Source: Lama glama
Taxonomy: Eukaryota
Assembly: GCA_028534125.1 (NCBI GenBank)
Contig: CM052816.1
Span: forward strand, 83,268,001-83,332,000
Direction of reading: 5' to 3'
DNA: 64,000 nt
This document shows positions 1 through 12,222 of this stretch, in pieces. The notes under the pieces were generated by a model. The model ran no database searches. It was not told the DNA's origin and saw only the letters and a program-made list of their open reading frames with translations. The position numbers and the translations under genes were made by a program. Each line of letters starts with the position of its first letter. Position 1 is the first letter of the stretch.

Positions 1-309
1 TTCCACAATAAATAGTCAGGTGGCTCAGCAGAGACACGGAGGGATCCTCTCATTATAGAGGGAATCCTTGAACAAAAAGTTCCTGCAGATTTGTGGACTC
101 TGGGGCTAGGGGTTGGGGAAGATAAGATGGTAGAGAGAGAAGACAGGGCTACAAGTGAAAAAGTACCGAGTCAGAGTTAGGAGAAATGTCTTTGAGATAT
201 ATTCTCCTTCCTGGATAAGGAGGTGATGGAAGAAGGGGTGCCTGAGGAAGACCTTGACTAAGGACCCCAAGTAAAGAAACTGAGCAATGAATGCACCAGG
301 GCATTGAGC

Positions 310-3300
310 ATAATGGCATTTTTAACTTGCTCTATTGTCATCCCTCTATGTTCTAGACTAAAAAACCAACAGCCTGAAATTAAGTGAAAAGCGGCAGCAT
401 GATGGCATTAAAGCTTCAAGTGGGACAGAGCTTTTTCAAAGCCTCATTTACACTTGTCAGTATTTTACCTGTCTGGTAATTCCCTGAAAAATGCACTTAA
501 AAGGCTTGCATTTATTTGACCTAAATTAGATTTTACCAATTGCCGGATAAATTTTCTTGGTGGGCATTTGTTGAAAACAATCAGTGGCAGTTGCTTAACA
601 TTACAGATGCCTGAACCAGTGAGTAACTATTGGGACAAACAATAGAAACACTAGGCTACCAAAAAGACTAAAATGGAGTAGCTGGGGAAATGAGATGTTC
701 ATAGAGTGCTTTGAATAGCTTTGACATATTTCTAGAAGGCTTTGATTAAGTGAAGTTCTGGGTGCTTGGCTGAGAGTTGCATGTAAGCCACAGTCCATGG
801 ACAGAAATCACTGGCAAAGAATAGAAGCCCTATTAATCACAGGTATTTAAGGGAATATCTATAAAATCATTAGTTGCCCAACAAGCTAACCAAGCAGAAA
901 TTTAAGTGGCAATGCAATCAAGAAAATAATACATTCTTTACATAATTAATTCAGAAAAGTCACTAAACAAAGCAACAACAGCAAATGCTAGAGGGGATAA
1001 TATCTGATTTCCAGAATTGGCATATTATATTATTTAATAAGTATATTTTAAAAACACAAAAATAAGTATATTTATAAAAAGAGACAAGAAAGTGTGGCCC
1101 ATAAAAGGAAAATAAACAGTCAATAAAACTGCCCCTACAACACCAGATGTAGGAATCACTAGACAGAGATAGTAAATCAGTTTTTTAAATATGTTCAAAG
1201 AACTTAAGGAAAATGTATCTAAAATAGCAAAGAATAATGTTTATTAAGTATAGAATGTCAATAAAGAGATAGATATCATAAAAAAAGAACCAGATAGAAA
1301 TTCAACAGTTGAAAAGCACAATAAATAGCATATAAAATTCAAAGGAAGGCCTCCAAAGTAATTTTTACTTGGCAGAGGAAAGAAACAGCAAAGTTGAGAG
1401 CTCAGCTGCAATAATCTAAATTATCTAAGTTGAATTAATTAATTATATTACTCAGATAGTCTCAATTATCTTACTATGAAAAATGGAAAGTTAAAAAAAT
1501 TAAGAAAAAATAAGAGGCTCTGAAATCTGTGGTGAACTATGACGTACACCAGCATAGACTTAATGTGATTAACAGAAGGAAAGGAGAGAGGATGGCACAG
1601 AAAGAATATTAGCAGAATCTACTAGCAGACATAAAATTACCAGTAAAGGTAACTACATACATATTATCTGTAGCTCTTGTTTTCTCCTATATGAATTAAA
1701 TGGCAACTACAAAATGAAGTACCTATAAATCTTTGTTGACTGGCATATAGTGTATAAACATGTAATCTGTATGACAATAACCACACAAAGAAAAAAGAAA
1801 TAATGAATATAAAGAAATAACATTTCTGTATACTGTTGAAAATGTTAGTATTAATTGAAGATTGTTATAATTTAAGATGTAAATTATAAGCACTAAGATG
1901 ACCATTGAGAAAATATCTCAAAACATAGTGAATTAACAAGTGAATGAAAATGGTACACTAGACAAAAACCTATTGTTACAAGAGAAAGCAGTAATGAAGT
2001 GAAGGACAGAGGAACAAATAAACATAAGACATGTAGTAAGCAAATAATAAAATAGAGAACATAAATCCTACCTCATTAGTAATTATGTTAAATTTTAATG
2101 GATTAAACTTTACAGTCAAAAAGCAAAGACCTGAATAATGAATAAAAATACAAAAATCTAACAATATGTTGCTTTTAGGAGACAAATTTTAAACTTAAAG
2201 ACAAAAATAGTATGAAAATAAAATGATAGGAAAAATATTCCAGGCAACAGTAATTTAAAAAAACCTGAGTGACTAACATCAGAAAAGACTTTAGCACAGA
2301 AATTGTAACTAGGTACAAATAAAGGTATTTTTAAATGTTAATGGAGTCAGTTCATTAAATTATATAAGATTTGTAAACATATATGTACCTAATATTGATC
2401 CCCATGGTAACAAAAACATGAGACTTAAAGAGAAATAATTTAACAATCTTATCTAGACATATAAATTCCTCATTTTCAATAATGGATTAAATATATATGA
2501 AAAGGATCAATAAAGATATGGAAGACTTGATCTACACTATAGACCAAATAGACATAAACATCTACAGAACACTATCAAAATCAGGAGAACACACATTCAT
2601 CTCAAGTGCACACAGAATATTCTCTAGGATAGGTAATATGTCAGGTCACAAAATAATTCTCAACAAATTTAAAAATATTAAATCATAAATGTTCTGATAA
2701 TAGAAGAAATTATGAGAAATTGAATAATGTTCTCTAAAATAACTACTGGGTAAAATAAGAAATAATAAGTGAAATTATGAAATAATTTGAGAGGAATGAA
2801 AAAGGAAGACACAGCACACCAAAACTTATGATTGGCTAATAAAACATTATGTATGAGAAATTTATAGTTTAAGATAACATTTATAAAGAAATCTTTCTTA
2901 AATCAATAACCTAGTCTCAATTAAGAACTAGAAAAATGAGTAAACTAATCCCAAAGCAAACAAAGAAAAAACATAAAACAAGAGTAAAGATAACAGAATA
3001 GGTGTTATACAAATAAAAGATGAATGTAGCCGAACTAAATGTTGGTTCTTTGAGAAGATCACCTAAATCAATGAACCTTTTGATAAATTAACCAAGATGA
3101 AAGGAGAGAAAACTGAAATTATTAATCAGGCATGAAAGAGGGGATAATACTACTGATATTATAGAAATAAAATGTATTACATTGGAATACTACAAATAAT
3201 TCTATGCCAAAAATAATCGAAATGAAATGGGGAAATTTCTAGATGAATACAAACAACAAAAACTAACTCAACAAGAAATAGACAATCTGAGTATGCCTAT

Positions 3301-5050
3301 AAAAAGTAGTGAGACTTAATTAGTAATCAAAAAATAGTCTACAGTGAAAACTCTTAGACAAGGTGATTACTGGAGAATACTACACAACGTTTAAGATGAA
3401 TTAATACTGATACTTAATCTCTTCCAAAAAAATAGAAGAGGAAGAAACATATCTCATCCTATGAGTTATCTTATAGATATAAGAAACATATCTCATTCTA
3501 TTACCCTGATAATAAAACCAAAGATATGACAAGAACAGAAAGTTATAGAATAATACCTCTTATGAATATTAATTTAACAATCCTCAATAAAATGTATACA
3601 CCAAATCCAGAACAATATTAAAAGGACTGATTATACACTATGACAAAATGGGACTCATCCAGGAAATATAAGACTGTTTCAACATATGCAAATAAATCAA
3701 TGTAAAATACCCGTTAATAGAGCAGAAGACATGAAAATGGTCTTAAACAAAGGAAAAAATCTGACAAACTCACAGTAAACATCATACTTAACAATAAAAG
3801 ACCAGAAGTTTTCTTCCTAAAATTAGGAACAAAACAAGAATGTCCTCTCTTACTACTTCAATTCAAAATTATTCTGTAGGTTCGAGCCAGGGAAATTAGG
3901 AAAAAATAAGAAAAGGAAAACAACACACTGCTAAAAATCATACTTAATAAGATGAGTTTGGACTTGTTTTCCCTAAGATCAAGGAAAAAGAATGTATGAT
4001 CTCAGTGCATCTATTCTGTTCAATCTTATAATACAGGTTCTGGCCAAGGCAATTAAAAAGAATAAGAATAAAAGGAGCTAAGTTGAAAAGAAAGAACCAA
4101 AACTCTCTCTATTCAGAGATAACATGATACTGTATATTTGAAATCCTAAGGATCCTCAAAAAATTATTAGACCAGTAAATGAATTTGTCAAAGCTTCATA
4201 ATACAAGATTAACAAAAATCAATCACATTTATATTCACTGGCAAGAAAATAACAGAAAATAAAAGTGAGTTAATATTTTCATTTATAATAGTATCAAAAA
4301 ATAAAATATTTAGACATAAAAGTAGTACATGATTTTCATGTGGAAAACTACAAAATATTGTTAAACATTAAAGGCTAAAATAAATGCAAGGATATATTAC
4401 ATTCATGGATTGGAAGACAGCATTGTTAAAATTCCTTAATTAATCTACAGAGGTAACAAACTCTTAAAATTCCAGCTAATTTTTTGCATACATTTTCTCA
4501 TAAATTTATAATCTGATATTAAAATTCATATGGAATTGCAGAAGATGCAGAATAGCCAGAAATACTTGAGAAAAGAATTTAAATAATAATACTTAGAAGA
4601 CTCACTTCTTGATTTTAAAATGTACAAAAAAGAGCCACAGAACTCAAGGCTTCGTGGATTAGCGTAAGGATAAACATGTACAACAATGGAATAAAATTTT
4701 GAGTACAGAAGCAAACTGATTCATTTATGTTTAATTTTTACAAGGGTGTCAAGACAATTAAACAGGGAATAATAGTGTTTAACAAATGGTGCTGAGGAAT
4801 TGGATATATATATATCCAATTTACATATATATATATATGTAAATTATAATGTTGAACCTCTAACTTACACAATATACAAAAAAAAAATGTAACTCTAAAT
4901 GAACCTAAGACCAAAGTGTAAGAACTAAGATCATAAAATCTTTAGAAAATATACCTAAATCTTTGTCATTAGATAACATGGTGGTTTCTTTTATACATCA
5001 AAACACGATCAACCAAAGAAAAATTAATAAATTTAGCTGCACCAAAATTT
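310..5050 (+). mobile_element. Old LINE-1 (L1M-type): 5'UTR, partly deleted ORF1 and decayed ORF2, interrupted by a younger L1
   Basis: A-rich + strand. ORF1-like remnants lie at ~1100-1610. The ORF2 endonuclease start is near 2060 (ttagtaattatgttaaattttaatggattaaac). ORF 2497-2688 reads DIYRTL...EHTFISSAH..FSRI..M.GHK..LNKFK. RT-like segments lie at 3540-4130. Many stops and frameshifts. Confidence 0.85.
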
Positions 5051-5051
5051 C

Positions 5052-7006
5052 TTTTCAATATTTGCAAAGCAATCTGATACACATTAACAAGTTGAAGATT
5101 AAAAATCATATGATCATCCCAATAGACACCGAAAATATCTTTTAATAAAATTTGACATCCATTTATGATATACACTCTCCGGAAAATGACTTTAAAAGGA
5201 ATATAACATAATAAATGCTATATATGACAAGCCCACAGGTAACATCATACTCAACAGTGAAAAACTGAAAACATTTCCTCTAAGATTAGGAACAAGACAA
5301 GGATGCTCACTCTCACCACTTTTATTCAACATAGTTTTAGAAGTCCTAGCTACAGCAGTCAGACAAGAATAAGAAATAAAATGAATTCAAATTGTAATGG
5401 AAGAAGTACAACTATCACTGTTTGCAGATGACGTGATAATATACCTAGAAAACCCGAAAGATGCCACACATACAAAAAAAAAAAAAAACTACTAGAGCTC
5501 ATCAGTGAATCTGGTAAAGTTGCAGGATACAAAATGAATATACAGAAATCTCTTACATTTCTATGTACTAACAATGAACTATCAGAAAGAGAAATTGAGG
5601 AAACAATCCCATTTACAATCACACCAAAAATAATAAAATATCTAGGAACAAACCTACCTAAGGAGTAAAAAGATCTGTACTTGGAAACTATACTAGGTTG
5701 ATGAAAGAAACTGAAGATGACACAAATAGATGGAAAGATATACTATATTTATGGATTGGAGAAATTAATACTGTTAAAATGTCAAAACTATTCAAGGCAA
5801 TCTACTGATTCAGTGCAATTCCTATTAAAATACCAAAGGCATTTTTCACAGAACTATAACAAGTAATTTTAAAATCTATATGGAAACACAAGAGATCCCA
5901 AATAGCCAAAACAATCTTGAGAAAGAAGAACAAAACTGGAGGAATCATGCTCCCTTACTTCACACTATACTACAAAGCTACAGTAAATAGGATGGTACTG
6001 GCACCAAAAAAAAAAAAAAAACAAATACATAAAACAATGGAACAGAATTGAGACCCATAAATAAACCCATGTACTTATGGTCAGTTAATCTATGGCAAAA
6101 GAAGCAAGAATATACAATGGAAAAAAAGACAGTCTCTTTAATAAGTAATGCTGGGAAAACTGGACAGCTACATGCAAAAGAATGAAATCAGAATATTCCT
6201 AACACCATATACAAAAATAAACTCATAATGGATTAAAAAGCTAAATGTAGGACCAGAAAATATAAAACTCTTAGAAGAGAACATAAGCAGAATCCTCTTT
6301 GACATAAATTATAGCAAAATTTTTATGTCTCTCTTAAAGCAAAGGAAATAAAAGCAAAAATAAATGATGGGATCTAATTAAACTTAAAAGCTTTTGCATA
6401 GCAAAGGAAACCATCAACAAAACAAAAAGCCAGCTTATGGGATGGGAAAGAATATTTGCAAATATGACCAATAAGGGGTTAACATTCAAATACATAAACA
6501 GCTCATACAATTCATCAAAAAACAAACAACCTGATTTTAAAAAATGGGCAGAAGACCTAAATAAACATGTTTCAAGGAAGATATACACATGACCAACAGG
6601 CACATGAAATGATGCCCAACATCATTATTTATCAGAGATATGCAAATCAAAACCACAATGAGATATCACCTCACACCTGACAGAATAGCTACCATCAAAA
6701 AGACCATACATAACAAATGTTGGTGAGGATGTGGAGAAAAAGGAACCCTCGTACACTGTTGGTGGGAATGTAAATTGGTGTAGCCACTACAGAAAAAAGT
6801 ATGGTGGTTTCTCAAAGAACTAAAAATAGAACTACTAAAAATAGAATATGACCCAGCAATTCCACTCCTGGGTATAAATCCAAAATAAATACACTAATTC
6901 AAAAAGATACATGCACATCAATGTTTATAGCAGCATTACTTACAATAGCCAAGATATAAAACAACCCAAGTTTCCATCAACAGATGAATTGATAAAGAAG
7001 GAGCAG

Positions 7007-7041
<35 letters not shown>

Positions 7042-7475
7042 TGCAATACTACTCAGCCACAAAAAAGAATGACAATTTGTCATTTTCAATATGGATGGAC
7101 TTGGAGAGTATTATGCTAACTGAAATAAGTTAGAGAAAGACAAATACGGTATGGTATCATTTATGTGTGGAAGCTAAACAATAAAACTAGTGGCTATAAC
7201 AAAAAAGAAACAGACTCAAAGATACAGAGAACAAACTAGTGATTACCAGTGGGGAGAATGAAGTGGGGAAGGGCATAATGGGAGTAGGGTGTTAGGAGCT
7301 GCAAACTACTATGTATAAAATAAATAAGCTACAAAGATATATAGCACAGGGAACATAGCCAATATTTTATAATAACTATAAATGGAATATAGCCTTTAAA
7401 AATTGTGAATCACTATGTTGCACACCTGAAACTTAAATAATATTGTACATCAGCTATACATCAATAACAAAGATT
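5052..7475 (+). mobile_element. Younger 5'-truncated LINE-1 (RT to 3'UTR) nested in the old L1
   Basis: Encodes [33 protein letters not shown] (~5275-5350) and LFADD (~5418-5432), then the ORF2 C-terminus and a 3'UTR ending cagctatacatcaataacaaa. Less decayed than the host L1. Confidence 0.92.
7010..7039. repeat. (CA)n microsatellite
   Basis: About 15 AC/CA units, seen directly inside the L1. Confidence 0.95.
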
Positions 7476-7484
7476 AAGAATAAA

Positions 7485-7760
7485 TGTTTAAGTTGTCCTT
7501 CAAAAACACTATCAGGAAGGTAAAACCATAATCCACAGAACAGAAGATGATATTTGCATTTATATATCTGATAAGGGGATAGTGTTCAAACTATATAAAG
7601 AACTCTTACAAATCAACAGTAAAAAGACAACCCAAGTGACACTGAGCTGAAAATTTGAATGGACTTTCTTCCAAAGAAAACTTATAAATGATCATTAATC
7701 ACATGAAAGAATGCTCAACATTTTTTGTCATTAGTGAAATACAAATCAAAACTAAAATGT
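7485..7760 (+). mobile_element. Continuation of the old LINE-1 ORF2 after the nested insertion
   Basis: ccttcaaaaacactatcaggaaggtaaaa resumes the L1 ORF2 consensus where 5020-5050 (aaattaataaatttagctgcaccaaaatt) stopped. Ends at caaatcaaaactaaaatg. Confidence 0.8.
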
Positions 7761-7769
7761 GAGTGAGCA

Positions 7770-8040
7770 TCACAAACAGTGGCAGATTAGAAAGCTCTAG
7801 GAGTTGGTCTCTCCACCGCAACAGCAATTAAGGTGAAAAAATTATAAGAATCAACTATTTTGGAACTCTAGAACCAATCAGACACTTACAGCAAACAAGG
7901 GAGTGCTTGAAGGGAGAACTTTCACAACTTTGATAAGAGAACAGAGTGTGCAAACCTGCTACCATTCTTCATTTCTCAGGTTTACTCTGGCCTTAATGAT
8001 GATGGCCCAAATTCTTAGAGTGGACAGTGTCAGAATGGAG
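7770..8040 (+). mobile_element. LINE-1 5'-end (L1M 5'UTR start) fragment
   Basis: gtggcagattag...agaatcaactattttggaactctaga...cttacagcaaacaagggagtgctt resembles recalled L1M 5'-end consensus. Confidence 0.55.
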
Positions 8041-8042
8041 AG

Positions 8043-8360
8043 GAAAAGACAAAATAAGCAATGGGAGAAAATATTTGCAAAGATGTGACCGACAAGGACT
8101 TAATTTTCAAAATATAAAAACAGCTCAAACAGCTCAATATCAAAACGAACCAACCAACCAATCAAAAATGAGCAGAAGACCTAAATAGACATTTTTCCAA
8201 AGAAGACATACAGATGGCCAACAGGCACATGAAAAGATGCTCAACATTGCTAATTATTATAGAAATGCAAATCAAATCTACAAGGAAGTATCACCTCACA
8301 CCAGTCAGAATGGCTGAATATTTACAAATAATAAATGCTGGAGAGGGTGTGGAGAAAAGT
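8043..8360 (+). mobile_element. LINE-1 ORF2 3' fragment
   Basis: Encodes [30 protein letters not shown] and HLTPVRMA motifs. Confidence 0.85.
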
Positions 8361-8670
8361 TTACATATATAAATAAAATATATATGAGACAAAATATGTC
8401 TATTTCATATATATACACACACATATATATAAATATAAACACAAACTAATTAAGTATTGATATATTTTACCCCTTTGTAAAGTTGAGAGAGAGGTTGCAT
8501 ATCCCAAATGGCCACTAATCCTACATAATCAATATGGTCCTAACCATGAGAATCTTTGTGTTCTGTATTCAGTGTTAACAAAAAAGGTAACAAGAATGAT
8601 TGCCATTCTGAGATGTCAAGATGTGAGGTATGATTGGCTTTATATTCTTACAAAGCTGATGATGTACATA

Positions 8671-9214
8671 TGTTACTGGAGGGCAGGTTCTTGTCTCGTT
8701 GCAGAAGGAATTCAGAAACAAGACACGGAGGTCAAAAGCAAAGCAAAGATTTATTAAGGAATAGAGTATGCTTTCAAGGGGAGAGCAGGCAGACCCAGGT
8801 GAGTAGATGTCCAGGTTTCTTTGGCAAGCTGACTATATGGGATGTAAAAATGAATGGGAAGAATATTCATTGTCTGGGAGGGGTTCAGGTTGTCTTTCTG
8901 GATCTTCATTCTCGCTCCACATTCTGAAGGGGAAAAGGGATTTTTTTTGTCTTTATTTAGTTTTGATCAGGAAGTTGGATGAGGGCATAATGAGCAAAAG
9001 GTTACATTCGGATGGTGGAGATTCCTGTCTTGTCACACCCTTCTTTGTCTGCCTCTAGGACACTTGTCAATCCAAAATGTATGGTTTCTTACCAGTCTGG
9101 AGGTTCTGGCTTTTCTTGGACCCAAGGACCCCTGTTGTTTACAAGGTGTATGGTTTCCTGCCAGTTGGCCCATGTCCCCCTTTGCTCGTATCTAGCTACC
9201 TGCCTTCTCTAATA
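8671..9214 (-). mobile_element. ERV1-type solo LTR (reverse orientation)
   Basis: Starts tgttac and ends ctaata (degenerate CA). 4-bp repeat CATA at 8667-8670 and 9215-9218. The tttatt near 8750 is AATAAA on the minus strand. Internal repeat tgtatggtttc at ~9077 and ~9146. GC content is higher than the flanks. Confidence 0.75.
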
Positions 9215-10229
9215 CATATATCGGAGTTGATGATGTTCTTATATAAGGGAAGATATAGGAGAATAACTTCCTTGTGTAAAAACGCACAAATACCCATTAC
9301 TCATCTTTCTCTGAGACTGAATTAGATTAGAGGAGGATTTTTTTCCCTTTTAATCCTAAATCAAACATTCCCCTCATCTACTAGAGGAAAATAAATTTTA
9401 ATGTTTTCTTAAGAAATGTCTTAAGCGTAGCACCTACACAAATATATTTTGATTTCATTCCAGAGATAAACAGTTTATAAAGCTTACAAAATAACAATAA
9501 ATGCATAAGCATGCATTTAATGGGTTACTTTTAGAGGACTATAGACATTGTCAATAGCCATGTCCTTATGTGATTTCTAAAAAATAGTTCAATCTGAATT
9601 TCTTTACACTGTTTAGATTTCCCATGTTAGAAAATCTGTTTTACAGAGAGCACTTAGTGTTCTAATTCTCTTAATTTAATGTCCAGAAGCTGCCCACTTG
9701 CAACTATGTAAATACCAAATTATTCCATCTTATTGTCACTGCTTCATTAATTTTCTGCAGGTCAAATGCATTTTAGATCATACTTTCAAGTTTCACGTTA
9801 TATCAGCAATTTTCTAGCTTATATTTAATACAAGCAATTTAATCAAAATGTTGCAAGTGTAATTAGAGTACTGTGAAGGGAATATTTTTTATTACTAAAT
9901 ATCTTGCACCTCCCACAGGTTATAGTACATAAAGTGTTCATCAACTCCTAAACAGTACCTCTGTGTTTTCACATTAATGTAGCTGATGTTTGGATGCGAT
10001 GGCAGGGGAGCTAAAACAAGACTTCACAATTGCCATCACATTTCTAGAATCTTCACAATCTAACTCTTATTCTGAATATTTACTTATTTAAATAACGGCA
10101 CCCTTTCTCTCAATAGGAAACCTGCACTAAACTCCAAATGGGTTTCCTGCTTCTGTTTGCTTGCAGTTCTTCAGAACTCTTCTCCATTTAGAATTCCGAC
10201 TATCTATTTACATATGTTAATAGGATGCT

Positions 10230-10620
10230 GTCATTCCACTACTTCAAATCCTCTAGTCACTTCCCATTCTTGAATAAAAGTCAAAATCTTTCCCTAGGCT
10301 ACAAGCATGGATGTTATCTGCACTTCCTTATGATTCTGATTTTATTACCTTCCCACTATTCTAGAAATACAATAACCTTTACTTTTTGGACATTAAGCCC
10401 AATTTGACATTAAGCCCACTCCCACCCGCATCAGTGTGTTTCTGCTTCCTCTACCTGGAATTATCTTCTCTCTGATACCTACTTGCAGTACTACATTGTT
10501 TTACTCAGGGATATGCTGGACTTTCTTGTTAACAGTGAGGCTACTCCATCCCTAGGCAGTTTTTATATTTCTTAGCTTGTTTATGTTCTTTCCCTGGTGT
10601 TGGCATTCTCAGCAGGTTTC
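10230..10620 (+). mobile_element. L2 fragment
   Basis: cttcccattcttgaataaaagtcaaaatc...gctacaag and ttcctctacctggaat resemble the L2 3' region. Highly diverged. Confidence 0.5.
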
Positions 10621-11586
10621 TTTCCTTACTCATAATGCAGCTACAGCAATGTCAAATGTAATGTCACTTTAGCCTCATGTCTAGTAGGAGAGTAAGTAGG
10701 TGTCCTGAGTCTGACCTCGTATGCTAATGAAAACAGGATGAGCTGTGGCCAAGTGGATAGGATGATTTTATTCCTTTAGGAAAAAAAATTGCCTACTTGT
10801 GAAACTGAGGATAGGCTAAGCTCATCCAAACGGAGGTAAAGTGAGGGACAGACAGTTTCCCAGAGACGAATATAGCCTTTTATCAGGATGTGAGTAGATT
10901 GAAGAGAGGAAGAAACAAGCAATGATGTCAAATACTTTGGTAAATCCATAGTGTGCAGATAGCCTACAAAAATTAAAAATGTACATATTTAAATAAAAAT
11001 ATTTCAGAATTCCAATTTTTTGTAAGTTTATTGGAGAAATAATGGGAAATCAAGGAAATCAAAATGTCTGTTTAACTCAAAAACCTAGCGATAACTATTA
11101 TTAGAATTTGATACACACATCCATACATACGCTAATCTTGTCATCTGTATAGATTTTGGTTTGTCTGTTTTAAATAATATGTGCTACAGTTTTACTTTTA
11201 AAAAGAAAAGTATAATCTCAAAAGCTTAAATTTTCACACTAAATTTGAAAACTCTGCTTTCTTTCATAACAAAAACACTACCTTGTTATTCACTCTCCCT
11301 TTTACCACTGTGTTTTCAGTTATTGTTTTCTCAAGTATTACTTTTTCTTGCTGTGTTTTTGTATATTTGGTCATAAATCTCTGTCTGCCTGGACTTAATT
11401 TGTCCTTCTACCAGAGAGCTAAAGAAACGAGCCTATCAAAATAGAGAGCAGACACAAACCATCACCAGCCTTTACAGGAAAAGGTTAATACATTTGCCCA
11501 CACCATGTCTTTTTTGAAGCATGTCTGAGCCCTGACTGTATTAAAACAGGACCAGCTTCAGGCAGTAGTATTGAAAATGATGGTAG

Positions 11587-12222
11587 TGAGACAGGAAGGG
11601 GGCAGGGCACAGCCATTCAAGGAATGCTACAGCAATTAACATCAATATGGTGGAAGATTCACCCCCCAGTAGGCCTTGAGGCTCAAGATGGTGGGAGATC
11701 TGACTTCTAGCAGATCTTGAGCATCTTTATATACTCATTGTAATATATTAACATGGCGAATAACATGCCCACAGGCCCATGGCAGTCCCAAGACTAGCCA
11801 CAAAAGGTCAGAGTGGTAAATGGCCAGCTTCCTGGGAATCCCAGCCCCTTCCCCAGACAAGTTGGACTGATCCTTTCACTTATTAGCACATGAAGCCACG
11901 GAGCCCATGAAAACTGGCAACACGGTGCCGCCTCTATGCCGCCACCTCTCTCTCTCTCCGTTTGGAGACAGCCCACACTCTGTCTATGGAGTGTGTACCT
12001 ACTTTTACTCTAATCTGAGCACCCAACTCTCACACCTCGTGGCCTTTCTCTTGCCTTTCAATGTATCTCTCTGAATAAATGTACTTTTACTCAAAAGTGG
12101 CTCGCTCTTGAATTCTTCCCTGCACGAAGCCAAGGACCCACACTTGGCGGGGCACGCCCAGGGGCTCAACAGAAGCTTGGGACACGGCCCTCCTCACGCC
12201 CCACATCTGTTTTCCTGCATCA
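11587..12222 (+). mobile_element. ERV1-type solo LTR, 636 bp, relatively young
   Basis: Termini tgagacagg ... cctgcatca (TG..CA). Exact 4-bp TSD GTAG at 11583-11586 and 12223-12226. AATAAA at 12074-12079. Many CpGs retained. Confidence 0.92.

Noticed and set aside
3442..3501. 21-bp near-identical direct repeat (similar short ones at ~10389-10418, ~20262-20292, ~25114-25138)
   Set aside because: Ordinary slippage micro-duplications with no recognisable insert.
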